The notes under the pieces: model-generated
Databases searched by the model: none
What the model was told of the DNA's origin: nothing
Seen by the model: only the letters and a program-made list of their open reading frames with translations
Position numbers and translations under genes: made by a program
Shown: piece after piece, positions 18,292 through 26,683 of the stretch
How positions within the stretch are numbered: the stretch's first letter is position 1
Layout of the letters: every line of letters begins with the position of its first letter
Virus record (IMG/VR): IMGVR_UViG_3300036770_005778
Coordinates: 1 to 64,000 of that record
Direction: 5' to 3' (one strand)
DNA: 64,000 nucleotides
DNA from: a virus

Positions 18292-18406
18292 CACTAACTA
18301 ACAGGGTGTTGCGTTTTTGCAACACCCCCCGGCCCCGCTGCTAGCCGGTTGACAATTGGCGGGTTTGGCTGTAGAATGTAGTTACAGTGAAACAAAGGAG
18401 CGAACT

Positions 18407-18520
18407 ATGTTGAAACTCATCGGAATTGCGGCAGTAGTGTACGTGGGTTGGATCACCGGCATCATCCAAGCAGCACTTCTAATCACAGCCGCAGGGCTGA
18501 CTACTGTGGCGGGGCTGTGA
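18407..18520 (+). CDS. small hydrophobic protein (37 aa)
   Basis: Manual: MLKLIGIAAVVYVGWITGIIQAALL...; own promoter. Confidence 0.65.
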   Translation: MLKLIGIAAVVYVGWITGIIQAALLITAAGLTTVAGL

Positions 18521-18702
18521 TGTTTGGATTCAATCATCGAGTAAGCCGCCCAGCGACCAACGAACTCATCGACCTAGCAGAAGGCGGAGTCATCGACTGG
18601 GAGTCATTGGCCCGAGATCTGTTGGGCTGGATGAGCGAGCACGAAGTCGCAGAGTTCGCCCGACGCAATGACTACATCCGGGAGGAGGACGAGGATGCCT
18701 AA
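18520..18702 (+). CDS. hypothetical protein
   Basis: TGATG coupling; WMSE motif. Confidence 0.65.
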   Translation: MFGFNHRVSRPATNELIDLAEGGVIDWESLARDLLGWMSEHEVAEFARRNDYIREEDEDA

Positions 18703-18922
18703 GTATGTGTTCGAGCGCACCAGCCTAGTCACAGAGACTTTCACCGTGACGGCTGACGACGAGGATCAAGCCCTGGACCTAGTCCGGGACGGTGGGCCTA
18801 CAGTCAAAGTTGGTCCTATGCAGTGGCAGGATTGGTACGATGAGGAATACAGCCTAGATTCAGTAGAAGATGAACTGGTAACGTTCCTAAACTCAAAGGT
18901 GAAAGAATGCGCTATTTCCTGA
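18695..18922 (+). CDS. hypothetical acidic protein
   Basis: GAGG RBS, MPKYVFER... Confidence 0.65.
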   Translation: MPKYVFERTSLVTETFTVTADDEDQALDLVRDGGPTVKVGPMQWQDWYDEEYSLDSVEDELVTFLNSKVKECAIS

Positions 18923-19260
18923 TATCGTTTGACTGCAACGGCCTGGAGTGCCTGCAGGACATCTCAGAGTTCCATCCCGACAACTGGGACAAGAACCAAC
19001 TCATGGGCATAATGATGGGCAAGGCCTACAAGAAGGCGCCCATCCATGCCCAGATCTCGCAGATGGTCATGCGGGCCAAATTCAACCCACAGCGCCACTA
19101 CGAGATCTACATACAGCAGGCCGATGACGATATCTCAGCCGCAGATTTCGCCAGTGTGTTTAACGACGATCCGCAGTTCTGGGCGGATTACGTCCGTGAG
19201 CATCATAGTGTAAAGATATACAGTGATCGCATCAAGAAGGGATCTAGGGTCATCGAGTGA
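18907..19260 (+). CDS. conserved phage hypothetical protein
   Basis: DCNGLE...RAKFNPQRHYEIY motif. Confidence 0.7.
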   Translation: MRYFLISFDCNGLECLQDISEFHPDNWDKNQLMGIMMGKAYKKAPIHAQISQMVMRAKFNPQRHYEIYIQQADDDISAADFASVFNDDPQFWADYVREHHSVKIYSDRIKKGSRVIE

Positions 19261-19329
19261 TTTTGGTTGACAACTCCTTGTTTTGGACCTATAATAGAAA
19301 CATAGGATAACAAAACAAGGAGCGACAAA

Positions 19330-19605
19330 ATGTACTTGGTTTATTCCGTGATAGCAGAACGTGATCACTACGAGGGCGATCGTGTGTATCCTTTGGCAGT
19401 GTTCGCAACCCGTGAAGAAGCAGTGGATTACGGTGTGGGCTACCTGTTCGATGACGATGGCGATGACCCTCGCATAGGCGTTATGGATTCCGTGCGTGTG
19501 GTAGAGTTCGACGGTGCCCTCCCTGCGGTGGACCTGTATGCTTACCGCGATGGTCTGGTAGGGCGTGGCGCTGGTGAGTGCGTGATGCGTTTGGCTGTGG
19601 CCTAA
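19330..19605 (+). CDS. hypothetical early protein
   Basis: Own promoter and RBS. Confidence 0.7.
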   Translation: MYLVYSVIAERDHYEGDRVYPLAVFATREEAVDYGVGYLFDDDGDDPRIGVMDSVRVVEFDGALPAVDLYAYRDGLVGRGAGECVMRLAVA

Positions 19606-19672
19606 TTTGGTTGACAATTCCCTAGTTTGGCAGCATAATAACAACTGTAGCAAAACACAACAAGGAGCGAAA

Positions 19673-19891
19673 ATGAAAGACATTGCACTGAACGTAGCCA
19701 ACATAGCCTATAAGACCGTGATTGGCATCATCATACTGCCCTTTATCGCAGTGGCTTTTGGCATAACCAAACTGCTGGGCGGCGAGCCCCTCAGCATGGA
19801 CGACATGGGCGCGGGCTTCATGATCATGTGTGCCATAGCCATTGGCTTAGCGATCGCTACGGTAGCATTCGGCATAGGATACCTGCTGTAA
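19673..19891 (+). CDS. membrane protein
   Basis: Two TM helices; own promoter. Confidence 0.7.
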   Translation: MKDIALNVANIAYKTVIGIIILPFIAVAFGITKLLGGEPLSMDDMGAGFMIMCAIAIGLAIATVAFGIGYLL

Positions 19892-20112
19892 TGCCGTTAA
19901 CTGCCCTAAAATGGCTGGGCACTGGGTTTACCATACTGGGAGCCCTGCTGACGAGCCTGGGATCATATGATCCTTATAATGTCACAGCATTCAACCTGGG
20001 TGCGGTGTTTTGGCTGTGGGCTTCGATCCGTATGCGAGATCCAGCGCTGATCACTGTGAACGCAGTGCTGTTGACAATCTATGTGTTTGGCAGTATACTA
20101 AGACTACAGTAA
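19891..20112 (+). CDS. small three-TM membrane protein
   Basis: LKWLGT...GAVFWLW...D.ALITVN. Confidence 0.65.
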   Translation: MPLTALKWLGTGFTILGALLTSLGSYDPYNVTAFNLGAVFWLWASIRMRDPALITVNAVLLTIYVFGSILRLQ

Positions 20113-20128
20113 ACTAAAGGAGCAAGCA

Positions 20129-20305
20129 ATGACTAAACTAGCAATGACATTTATCTTTGGTGGCGTCCTACTGATGTTTGGCGCCGTGGGTGGCATGGAA
20201 GATCCTGCCAAAGCAGACTACTTCTTGGAGCAGTTAGTCATAGCACTGGTGGGCGTGTTCTTTGCCTTCGTGGGCACACGCCTGCTGCCCCAGGAGCAGG
20301 TATGA
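20129..20305 (+). CDS. small membrane protein (58 aa)
   Basis: Manual ORF after promoter 20071. Confidence 0.65.
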   Translation: MTKLAMTFIFGGVLLMFGAVGGMEDPAKADYFLEQLVIALVGVFFAFVGTRLLPQEQV

Positions 20306-20517
20306 TCACCATACAAGGATTCACAGCCCTGCAGCGTGACATCGCTGACCGCATATGGGCCATGGACACTGAGCACGAAGTAGAACACTACATACAGAGC
20401 ATGCCCCGTCGTATGCAGCCACAGGCCCGGGTAGTGCTCGACATGATCATAGCCACAGAACTAGACTCATACATGGAGATCACGGATGAAGTACGCGATT
20501 ATCTCTGCAGCCGCTAG
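20302..20517 (+). CDS. hypothetical protein
   Basis: ATGA overlap, GGAG RBS. Confidence 0.65.
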   Translation: MITIQGFTALQRDIADRIWAMDTEHEVEHYIQSMPRRMQPQARVVLDMIIATELDSYMEITDEVRDYLCSR

Positions 20518-20689
20518 CCTAGCGTTACTGCAAGGCTGCGGTACAGTGCGCGATCACAGAGATGCTGCCTGGGATCCCGCGCCAGGCCGACTGCTGTTCG
20601 AACAGATCCCCCCGTGGGATGATCGGGCGCATAGGATCTGCTGTGGCCATCTCAGGGAATGCCAGCCTCACCAATCGCCTCGGTGCTGA
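20486..20689 (+). CDS. putative lipoprotein
   Basis: LLQGC lipobox. Confidence 0.5.
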   Translation: MKYAIISAAASLALLQGCGTVRDHRDAAWDPAPGRLLFEQIPPWDDRAHRICCGHLRECQPHQSPRC

Positions 20690-20858
20690 GGTCATGGTGG
20701 GGTCTATGGTGGCCGACCGGTATACAGCGTAGCATGTTAGTATGCGCTAACTTAGGCTAGTGGTCTAAAATCACCACCCTGAAAATTTAAGTACTCCACC
20801 TAAATTTTTTGCGCGGCTGTTTTTTTCCCCTGCAGGACCCATTTGGGCTACATACTGT

Positions 20859-21713
20859 ATGTCCACACTACACACTTTTGGCTGCTCTATCACACAGGGA
20901 TTCGCTTTACCGGACCTAGTACGACCTATCACTGACCACCATGGACAGCCGCTCACGGGACAGCAGATCCGTGATCTCGATCGACCCATAGATTGGCAAG
21001 ACATACACGTCTACGAACCCAGCCAATTCGCTTGGCCTGCTGTGTTAGCCCGACTGCTGGACCTTCCCGTACACAATCATGCACGTCGCGGAGCCTGTTT
21101 TAACCAGATCGCTCGACAGTGTGTCCTGGCTGCTCCCACTATACGATCCCAGGACACAGTCATCGTGATGTGGACCTATCTGAGTAGGATCAGCCTGCAG
21201 TGGCCTGCTCGCACCGCAGTACCATTCTGTAACCTAGTCGATCCCGCGGGACACGGTTGGCGCACTCTAATCCTAGGTTTTAACAAGTGGTTTGGACTAG
21301 ATCGTGCTGATCAAACACGTGATGATCGTGTGTTAAAGTACATACACGACAGCACACGTATCACACATCTAGATCCATTGGGAGTCTACGATAGATACTA
21401 TAATCATCTAGTTTTACAGATCACGGTCGACGGTCTACTGCAGAGCACAGGTGCTCGTGTCATACACCTTTCAGTAGAGCCCGAATCCTATCTTGATCAA
21501 CTGGAAACTGCAAGGCTAGAACTAGAACCTTCGCTGCAAGCACCCTATCAAATACCCGATCCTCGCAGTTGGTATACGCTCGACACGGATCATCACAGTT
21601 GTCGCGTCATACTAGATCCCTCAATTCCACCAGCAGAAAATGACATGCATCCCAGCTGCCAGCATCATCAAAACTTCGCTGATCACCTCCGCCGCCTGTA
21701 TTTTTCTGGCTAG
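20859..21713 (+). CDS. SGNH/GDSL-hydrolase-like protein
   Basis: FGCSIT block I, NHARRG, DMHP. Confidence 0.65.
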   Translation: MSTLHTFGCSITQGFALPDLVRPITDHHGQPLTGQQIRDLDRPIDWQDIHVYEPSQFAWPAVLARLLDLPVHNHARRGACFNQIARQCVLAAPTIRSQDTVIVMWTYLSRISLQWPARTAVPFCNLVDPAGHGWRTLILGFNKWFGLDRADQTRDDRVLKYIHDSTRITHLDPLGVYDRYYNHLVLQITVDGLLQSTGARVIHLSVEPESYLDQLETARLELEPSLQAPYQIPDPRSWYTLDTDHHSCRVILDPSIPPAENDMHPSCQHHQNFADHLRRLYFSG

Positions 21714-21940
21714 TCTTCTAGGATCTGCCACTTCGCGCCAGGTTGGCACCAACTCAGCGCGAATAAAGTATATGCTCGATCATCAGTGAACGTGACACTG
21801 AGCCTATAGTAAGTGATCCTAGTAGTGTACTCGAAACCATAGAGATCTCGCCATCGCGCCAGTTCACGATTAAGCACGGAGCATGAGTAGTGTGCGGCCT
21901 GCCCACCCGCTCCGGAAGGCAATTTGAATTCCACATGCAT
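21710..21940 (-). CDS. hypothetical protein
   Basis: TAAATA 6 nt upstream; YTLFALSW C-terminus. Confidence 0.6.
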   Translation of the reverse strand: MHVEFKLPSGAGGQAAHYSCSVLNRELARWRDLYGFEYTTRITYYRLSVTFTDDRAYTLFALSWCQPGAKWQILED

Positions 21941-21964
21941 CACTGTTATTTACATATATACTGT

Positions 21965-22156
21965 ATGAAAACATTTGTGTTACAGTTGCTCACAGCAGTC
22001 ACGGCCACGGGTTTTATCACATTCACTGTTACGCACCTACATCAACCTATGATCGCATGGTCGCTTTGGGCTCTACACTGGATCCTAGCCATTCCCATAG
22101 CCTTGGTCACTGTGCGTTACGTCGCACCTTTTTACAAGCGAGTGTTTGGGCTATGA
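21965..22156 (+). CDS. small membrane protein
   Basis: Two hydrophobic segments. Confidence 0.5.
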   Translation: MKTFVLQLLTAVTATGFITFTVTHLHQPMIAWSLWALHWILAIPIALVTVRYVAPFYKRVFGL

Positions 22157-22192
22157 TCGCAGATAAATATTTTCAACAAGGAGCACCATAAC

Positions 22193-22375
22193 ATGGCCAA
22201 AACCACCAAAGAAACACAGCAGTTGACTGCCCAGACCGAGCGTGAAAATCGCGGTCGAGAAGCACAGGGTCGAGCACCTGAACAGCCTCAGCAGTCGCAG
22301 GATCCCACGATCAGTACCACGCCTGACAATCCACAGGTCTACGATGCCAGCCAACACGGACTGCGCCCAGTCTAA
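22193..22375 (+). CDS. low-complexity hypothetical protein
   Basis: TAAATA and AAGGAG upstream. Confidence 0.6.
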   Translation: MAKTTKETQQLTAQTERENRGREAQGRAPEQPQQSQDPTISTTPDNPQVYDASQHGLRPV

Positions 22376-22384
22376 CTGATCACC

Positions 22385-22816
22385 ATGCTGGCCGCCCAGC
22401 AGCAGTTTCTAGCGTTGGTACAGGATCACAGCCAGCGCACGGGATTTTCAGCACCCGAGGATCTTTTGGCCTATTTGGCTCTGATCCTAGCCGAGCGTCT
22501 AGATCGACCCGATTTCATACCTGCGACATTCGCTGAGCAGTATCTCACGCTGTATGCGGCCTACCATCGCGGCGTCTATCGCGAGTTCGCTGACACCACG
22601 CTGATATTCTGCAGTCTCTTGCCCGACTACGGTCATCGGCGCGGCCTCAACATGGACTACTATGCCACCATGGGCATTTCTACCTACTACACTCTGGGCG
22701 ATCTAGCCCAGGATCCTAGATTCACGCAGTTAGGCAATTGGTTCTATCACTGCCAGCGATTTTTAACCAGCCTGCTGCATCCAGATCGCGGGCTAGAGTT
22801 GGTGAGATTCAGATAA
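22385..22816 (+). CDS. hypothetical protein
   Basis: 143-aa ORF in operon. Confidence 0.65.
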   Translation: MLAAQQQFLALVQDHSQRTGFSAPEDLLAYLALILAERLDRPDFIPATFAEQYLTLYAAYHRGVYREFADTTLIFCSLLPDYGHRRGLNMDYYATMGISTYYTLGDLAQDPRFTQLGNWFYHCQRFLTSLLHPDRGLELVRFR

Positions 22817-22823
22817 TTACTGG

Positions 22824-23393
22824 ATGTTACATGTGGTCGATGATCTACTACAGCCTCAGCATTTTGCCTATGCACAGGCCAAGTTTTCCAGCATAGAAAT
22901 ACCCTGGTTCTATCTGCCCTTTACGGCCAATCCACGTGATCTAGATCACTTGCCTGAATATGCGGGATCTTTCAGCCACTTGGTCTACAAAGATGACGAA
23001 CCTGCCAGCCCTCTGGCCGAAGCAGCCATACACATCTTGATCACGGCCTGCGATCGGCTGGGTCACGATCTAGATCGTGTCATAAGGATACGACTGGGCA
23101 TGAGCACACGCACACCCCGACAGATACAGCACACGCCTCACAAGGATCAGCAGTATCCGCATCGTGCGGCCATATGGTATCCCATCACTGCCTCGGGCGA
23201 CACCGTGATCTTTGAAGAAACTGCGGTCAGCCGTCGCTACACTGAATGCTATCGCTGCTCGCCCGTGGCCAATCGTTGGCTGGATTTTCCTGGAGAGCAC
23301 ATGCATGCCAGCACCACACCTGATCAGCACGAACAGCGCATAGTCCTAAACTTTAACTATACTGTTCGTGGCATGCCCCCGCCCCCGGGCTAG
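22824..23393 (+). CDS. 2OG-Fe(II) oxygenase-like protein
   Basis: PHKD...GDTVIF...HMHAST...RIVLNFN. Confidence 0.75.
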   Translation: MLHVVDDLLQPQHFAYAQAKFSSIEIPWFYLPFTANPRDLDHLPEYAGSFSHLVYKDDEPASPLAEAAIHILITACDRLGHDLDRVIRIRLGMSTRTPRQIQHTPHKDQQYPHRAAIWYPITASGDTVIFEETAVSRRYTECYRCSPVANRWLDFPGEHMHASTTPDQHEQRIVLNFNYTVRGMPPPPG

Positions 23394-23484
23394 AAAAAAT
23401 CTCGCGCTGCGCTTCGCGCTGGAATTTTCGCGCTGGGCTGCGCCCCGGATCGGGGCTAAATATTTCAGCAACGAGGAGAAGTCT

Positions 23485-23691
23485 ATGAAAGCATGGAAGA
23501 TCATGGCCCGCAACACACGCACTCACATGCGCATCCAAAAACAGTTTCTAGACGGCTATGTGATCACTGATCACGCAGTGGCCAACGCAGAAGCACAGCG
23601 TTTCGCACAGGCCCAGGCAGATCGCACACGCGAGCCTTGGGTAGCAGAAGTATCGCAGTACGAAGTAGGCCGTAGACCCAGCCTTCAGTGA
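23485..23691 (+). CDS. hypothetical protein
   Basis: TAAATA and GAGGAG upstream. Confidence 0.6.
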   Translation: MKAWKIMARNTRTHMRIQKQFLDGYVITDHAVANAEAQRFAQAQADRTREPWVAEVSQYEVGRRPSLQ

Positions 23692-24119
23692 TATAGATAG
23701 TTCACGGTGTCCGAGTTGACTCGATATCGACTGGCACCATTGTTGAGGTGGAATCGCTCGGCCATTTCCGTTTTTGGGCTCAGTGTCACGAACGTTTTGA
23801 CTTCTGGATGCTGCGATCGTATCTCAGCCTGGGCCTGCTCTATCAGCCTGCGACCAGCACCTCGCGCATAACTCCAAATGGTATAGAACACCGCAGTGGT
23901 AGCAGTGTTTGACAGCAGGTATAGATCTTCCACGGTCTGTGGTATGTCAGCCAGCAGTTTCACGCAGGTCACTGCCAAAGGCTGTCCTTGATCGTCTTTG
24001 AGCACGAACACTCTACCTCGATCCGAAACACGGAATTCCGGAGGTATGTCCGGGCGCACGGGATCGTCCCTCAGCAGTCCTAGCAGTTCTTCAGTGAGTT
24101 CGGTGATGGTGTCTAGCAT
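23685..24119 (-). CDS. GNAT-fold-like protein
   Basis: FYTIWSYARGAGRRLI...TLSPKTEMA..FH..NGA. Confidence 0.55.
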   Translation of the reverse strand: MLDTITELTEELLGLLRDDPVRPDIPPEFRVSDRGRVFVLKDDQGQPLAVTCVKLLADIPQTVEDLYLLSNTATTAVFYTIWSYARGAGRRLIEQAQAEIRSQHPEVKTFVTLSPKTEMAERFHLNNGASRYRVNSDTVNYLYH

Positions 24120-24203
24120 GTCAGTGTCGCAGTATAATGTGTGTATTTAACTCGAGATGGAAAAAAATCCTGCCGATCTCGATGCTGAGATAATTACAAG
24201 CAT

Positions 24204-25088
24204 ATGACCACTATCTATGTTTTCGGTGATTCTTTCACTGTGCCCAATCAGATCTATACCAGCAGCGGTGAGCAGGGCCTCTACGCCAGTCCTGGTGAAA
24301 GTTGGAGCCAGGGCGCTCCGAAACCCAAATGCCCCACATGGATCAATCTCGTAGCCGCGGCCCTGAGCCAGCAGCATCAGGAACTGGATTTGATCAACTA
24401 CAGCCAGCACGGTGTGGCACAAGATTTCTGTTGGCTGCAGTTGATCAAAGCCTTGCCCGTGATACGGCCCGAAGACTACGTGATCGTGGCAGTGACGCAT
24501 CCCAACAGATTTTGGTATCTGGAAGAGCATCCCAATCTGTCAAATCATCATATAATCAATCTAGAAAACATGCTGACCGAACAGCAGGCTTTGGCCGTGA
24601 AACTGTTCATGCAGCATATACAGCGACCCCAATTGGACACACTGCACCAGACCAACCGCATGCGCAGCCTGGCCTATGAAGTGTTGAAACGAGGACTGCG
24701 GCGCCCTATGATGCTGAACTGTTTTGCTTCAGACATCACGGAAGTAGAACAACTAGATGATCTCATGTGGGCCAAAGGCAATCTTTTCAGCATACAGGCT
24801 CTGGAATATCTGGACGGCGAGGAAGAAAGCACTACGTTTTTCAATGGCGTCGACTGCCGTTACAATCATCTATGCCTCAGCAATCACAGGATCTTGGCTG
24901 ATAAAATACTCAGTGCGTTCAACCAAGGCACTGTGGTAGATCTGGATCAGGGATTCCATCAAGGGCTGCTCAAAGACGGAGTGCTAGAAGACACTGAGTT
25001 TTGCCTGCAAGAACTGGACTGGGATAAACTACAGTTTACCAGACAGCAAGAGAAAACCAAAAAATATCCTTGGTTAAAGTTGAGATAA
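24204..25088 (+). CDS. SGNH-hydrolase-like protein
   Basis: VFGDSF, DCRYNHL; paralog of next gene. Confidence 0.65.
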   Translation: MTTIYVFGDSFTVPNQIYTSSGEQGLYASPGESWSQGAPKPKCPTWINLVAAALSQQHQELDLINYSQHGVAQDFCWLQLIKALPVIRPEDYVIVAVTHPNRFWYLEEHPNLSNHHIINLENMLTEQQALAVKLFMQHIQRPQLDTLHQTNRMRSLAYEVLKRGLRRPMMLNCFASDITEVEQLDDLMWAKGNLFSIQALEYLDGEEESTTFFNGVDCRYNHLCLSNHRILADKILSAFNQGTVVDLDQGFHQGLLKDGVLEDTEFCLQELDWDKLQFTRQQEKTKKYPWLKLR

Positions 25089-25089
25089 T

Positions 25090-25953
25090 ATGGGTAGATT
25101 ATTCGTTATAGGTGACAGTTTTTCCGCCAGCCCACGACGGGGTGACGAAACCAAGAATTGGTGCAGGCTGCTGGCAGAACTGCTGCATCAAAGAACAGGA
25201 CAGGACATCACGTTGATCAACAACAGCCTGATAGGAACCAGCCAAGATTGGTGTTGGACGCATCTCCAGATATGGTTGAACTATGAAATGACTGCCGATG
25301 ATTATCTGGTCATCTGTCTCACGCATCCCAGCAGGGTCTGGTTCCTAGAACGCATGCCTGAAATGACCAATTCCAACATCATCGATCTAGATCGTTGGGT
25401 CACCAAAGAAGAAGCCAAGGCCATAGAACTGTATATCAGATACATACAGCGCCCTATGATAGATCTCATGAACGTCAATAATAGGCTGGCCTATGTGGCC
25501 TATCAGACGCAGCGCAGATCTCTGAGAAAACCAGTGATCATCAAATGCTTTGATCAAGATCTAGATCAGGGAGAAGAATTTCCAGAGATCCAGATCGCAC
25601 AGGGATCTCTGATGTCAGACGTGCAATATCACGAATTCGATGATCCCGAAGCAGAAAGAGAAAGCAGATATTGGAGAGGTATCGACTGCCGATACAACCA
25701 TCTGTGTCTCAGCAATCACAAGATCTTGGCAGAAAAGATCGCAGACAGTTTGGTATCAGGTCAAACCATAGATCTCAAAACTGGATTCCATAGAGGCCTA
25801 TTGAAGGACGGCGGCCTTGACGATCTGGAGTTTTGCCAACGAGAATTGGACATGCATACCAGAGAAAACAATCTAAACAACGCCGATAAATTCAAACCAA
25901 TCATACCTTGGGCTAAAAAAGTCGGAGTCAAAACCGGCCTAATAGAGCCTTGA
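25090..25953 (+). CDS. SGNH-hydrolase-like protein
   Basis: VIGDSF, THPSR, DCRYNHLCLSNH. Confidence 0.65.
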   Translation: MGRLFVIGDSFSASPRRGDETKNWCRLLAELLHQRTGQDITLINNSLIGTSQDWCWTHLQIWLNYEMTADDYLVICLTHPSRVWFLERMPEMTNSNIIDLDRWVTKEEAKAIELYIRYIQRPMIDLMNVNNRLAYVAYQTQRRSLRKPVIIKCFDQDLDQGEEFPEIQIAQGSLMSDVQYHEFDDPEAERESRYWRGIDCRYNHLCLSNHKILAEKIADSLVSGQTIDLKTGFHRGLLKDGGLDDLEFCQRELDMHTRENNLNNADKFKPIIPWAKKVGVKTGLIEP

Positions 25954-25956
25954 TCG

Positions 25957-25985
25957 TTGACAGGTTTGATAAATTAGTATATAAT
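25957..25985 (+). promoter_or_regulatory. consensus sigma70 promoter
   Basis: TTGACA-N17-TATAAT. Confidence 0.8.
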
Positions 25986-26010
25986 ATCATTATCTTTTAA
26001 GGAGTCTAAA

Positions 26011-26682
26011 ATGGATTATCAACTTTCTGCTGCACAATCATTGAATTCGGCTGTGGCAGGTGTACTGGCTCGTATGGCAGTCGGAGTCGCAGCCACATTG
26101 GTTGCTGCTGGAGCGATCAGCGCCATGGGTTTAGTCCCATTGCTGTTTTCTTCAGTACTGGGTTGGATATTGATGTTTGCGCCGCTGGCCATGAGCCTTT
26201 ACATCGGGTTCCGCGGCCAGTCTATGAGCGAATCACAGATCAAGACCTGGTATTTCGCGTTTGCTGCTGTTATGGGCGTGAGTCTTAGCCTGATCATCAG
26301 CATGTTCACTACCGCATCTATCGTCACAGCACTGTTAGGTACCACAGTATCGTTTGGAGCGCTGGCGTTCTGGGGCTACTTCACCAAACGTGATCTCAGT
26401 GGCTTTGGTCCGTTCTTGTTTGCTGGTGTGATCGGTTTGATCGTAGCAGGTATCGCTAATATCTTTATCGCATCTACTGCCTTGCAGATGACATTGAACG
26501 TGATCTGTATTTTGGTATTCTTAGGTCTCACAGCCTACGATATGAACAGAATCAGAGATATGTTTTGGTCCGCATCTCAAGATGACATCGCCCGCATGCA
26601 ATGGTTCGGAGCATTGAGCCTTTACATCAACTTTATCAACATCTTTGTCAGCATGTTGCAGTTGTTCGGCAATCGAGAATAA
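26011..26682 (+). CDS. Bax inhibitor-1/YccA family membrane protein
   Basis: About 7 TMs; GYFTKRDLS, TAYD, ALSLYINFINIF. Confidence 0.9.
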   Translation: MDYQLSAAQSLNSAVAGVLARMAVGVAATLVAAGAISAMGLVPLLFSSVLGWILMFAPLAMSLYIGFRGQSMSESQIKTWYFAFAAVMGVSLSLIISMFTTASIVTALLGTTVSFGALAFWGYFTKRDLSGFGPFLFAGVIGLIVAGIANIFIASTALQMTLNVICILVFLGLTAYDMNRIRDMFWSASQDDIARMQWFGALSLYINFINIFVSMLQLFGNRE

Positions 26683-26683
26683 A

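Larger units (their letters stand above)
17188..18325 (+). other. TC/CC-free (YC-free) compositional island
   Basis: No TC or CC on the + strand over 1138 bp, by manual line-by-line reading. Confidence 0.93.

Noticed and set aside
17188-18325. UV-damage avoidance as the cause of the YC-free island
   Set aside because: TT and CT remain on the + strand and the template strand keeps TT, TC and CC, so transcription-blocking photoproduct sites are not removed; the sharp borders also argue against it.
17188-18325. Island as a foreign insert or assembly artefact
   Set aside because: It uses the same promoter spacing and GGAGCG RBS as the flanks, with intact ORFs; read-level confirmation is still advisable.
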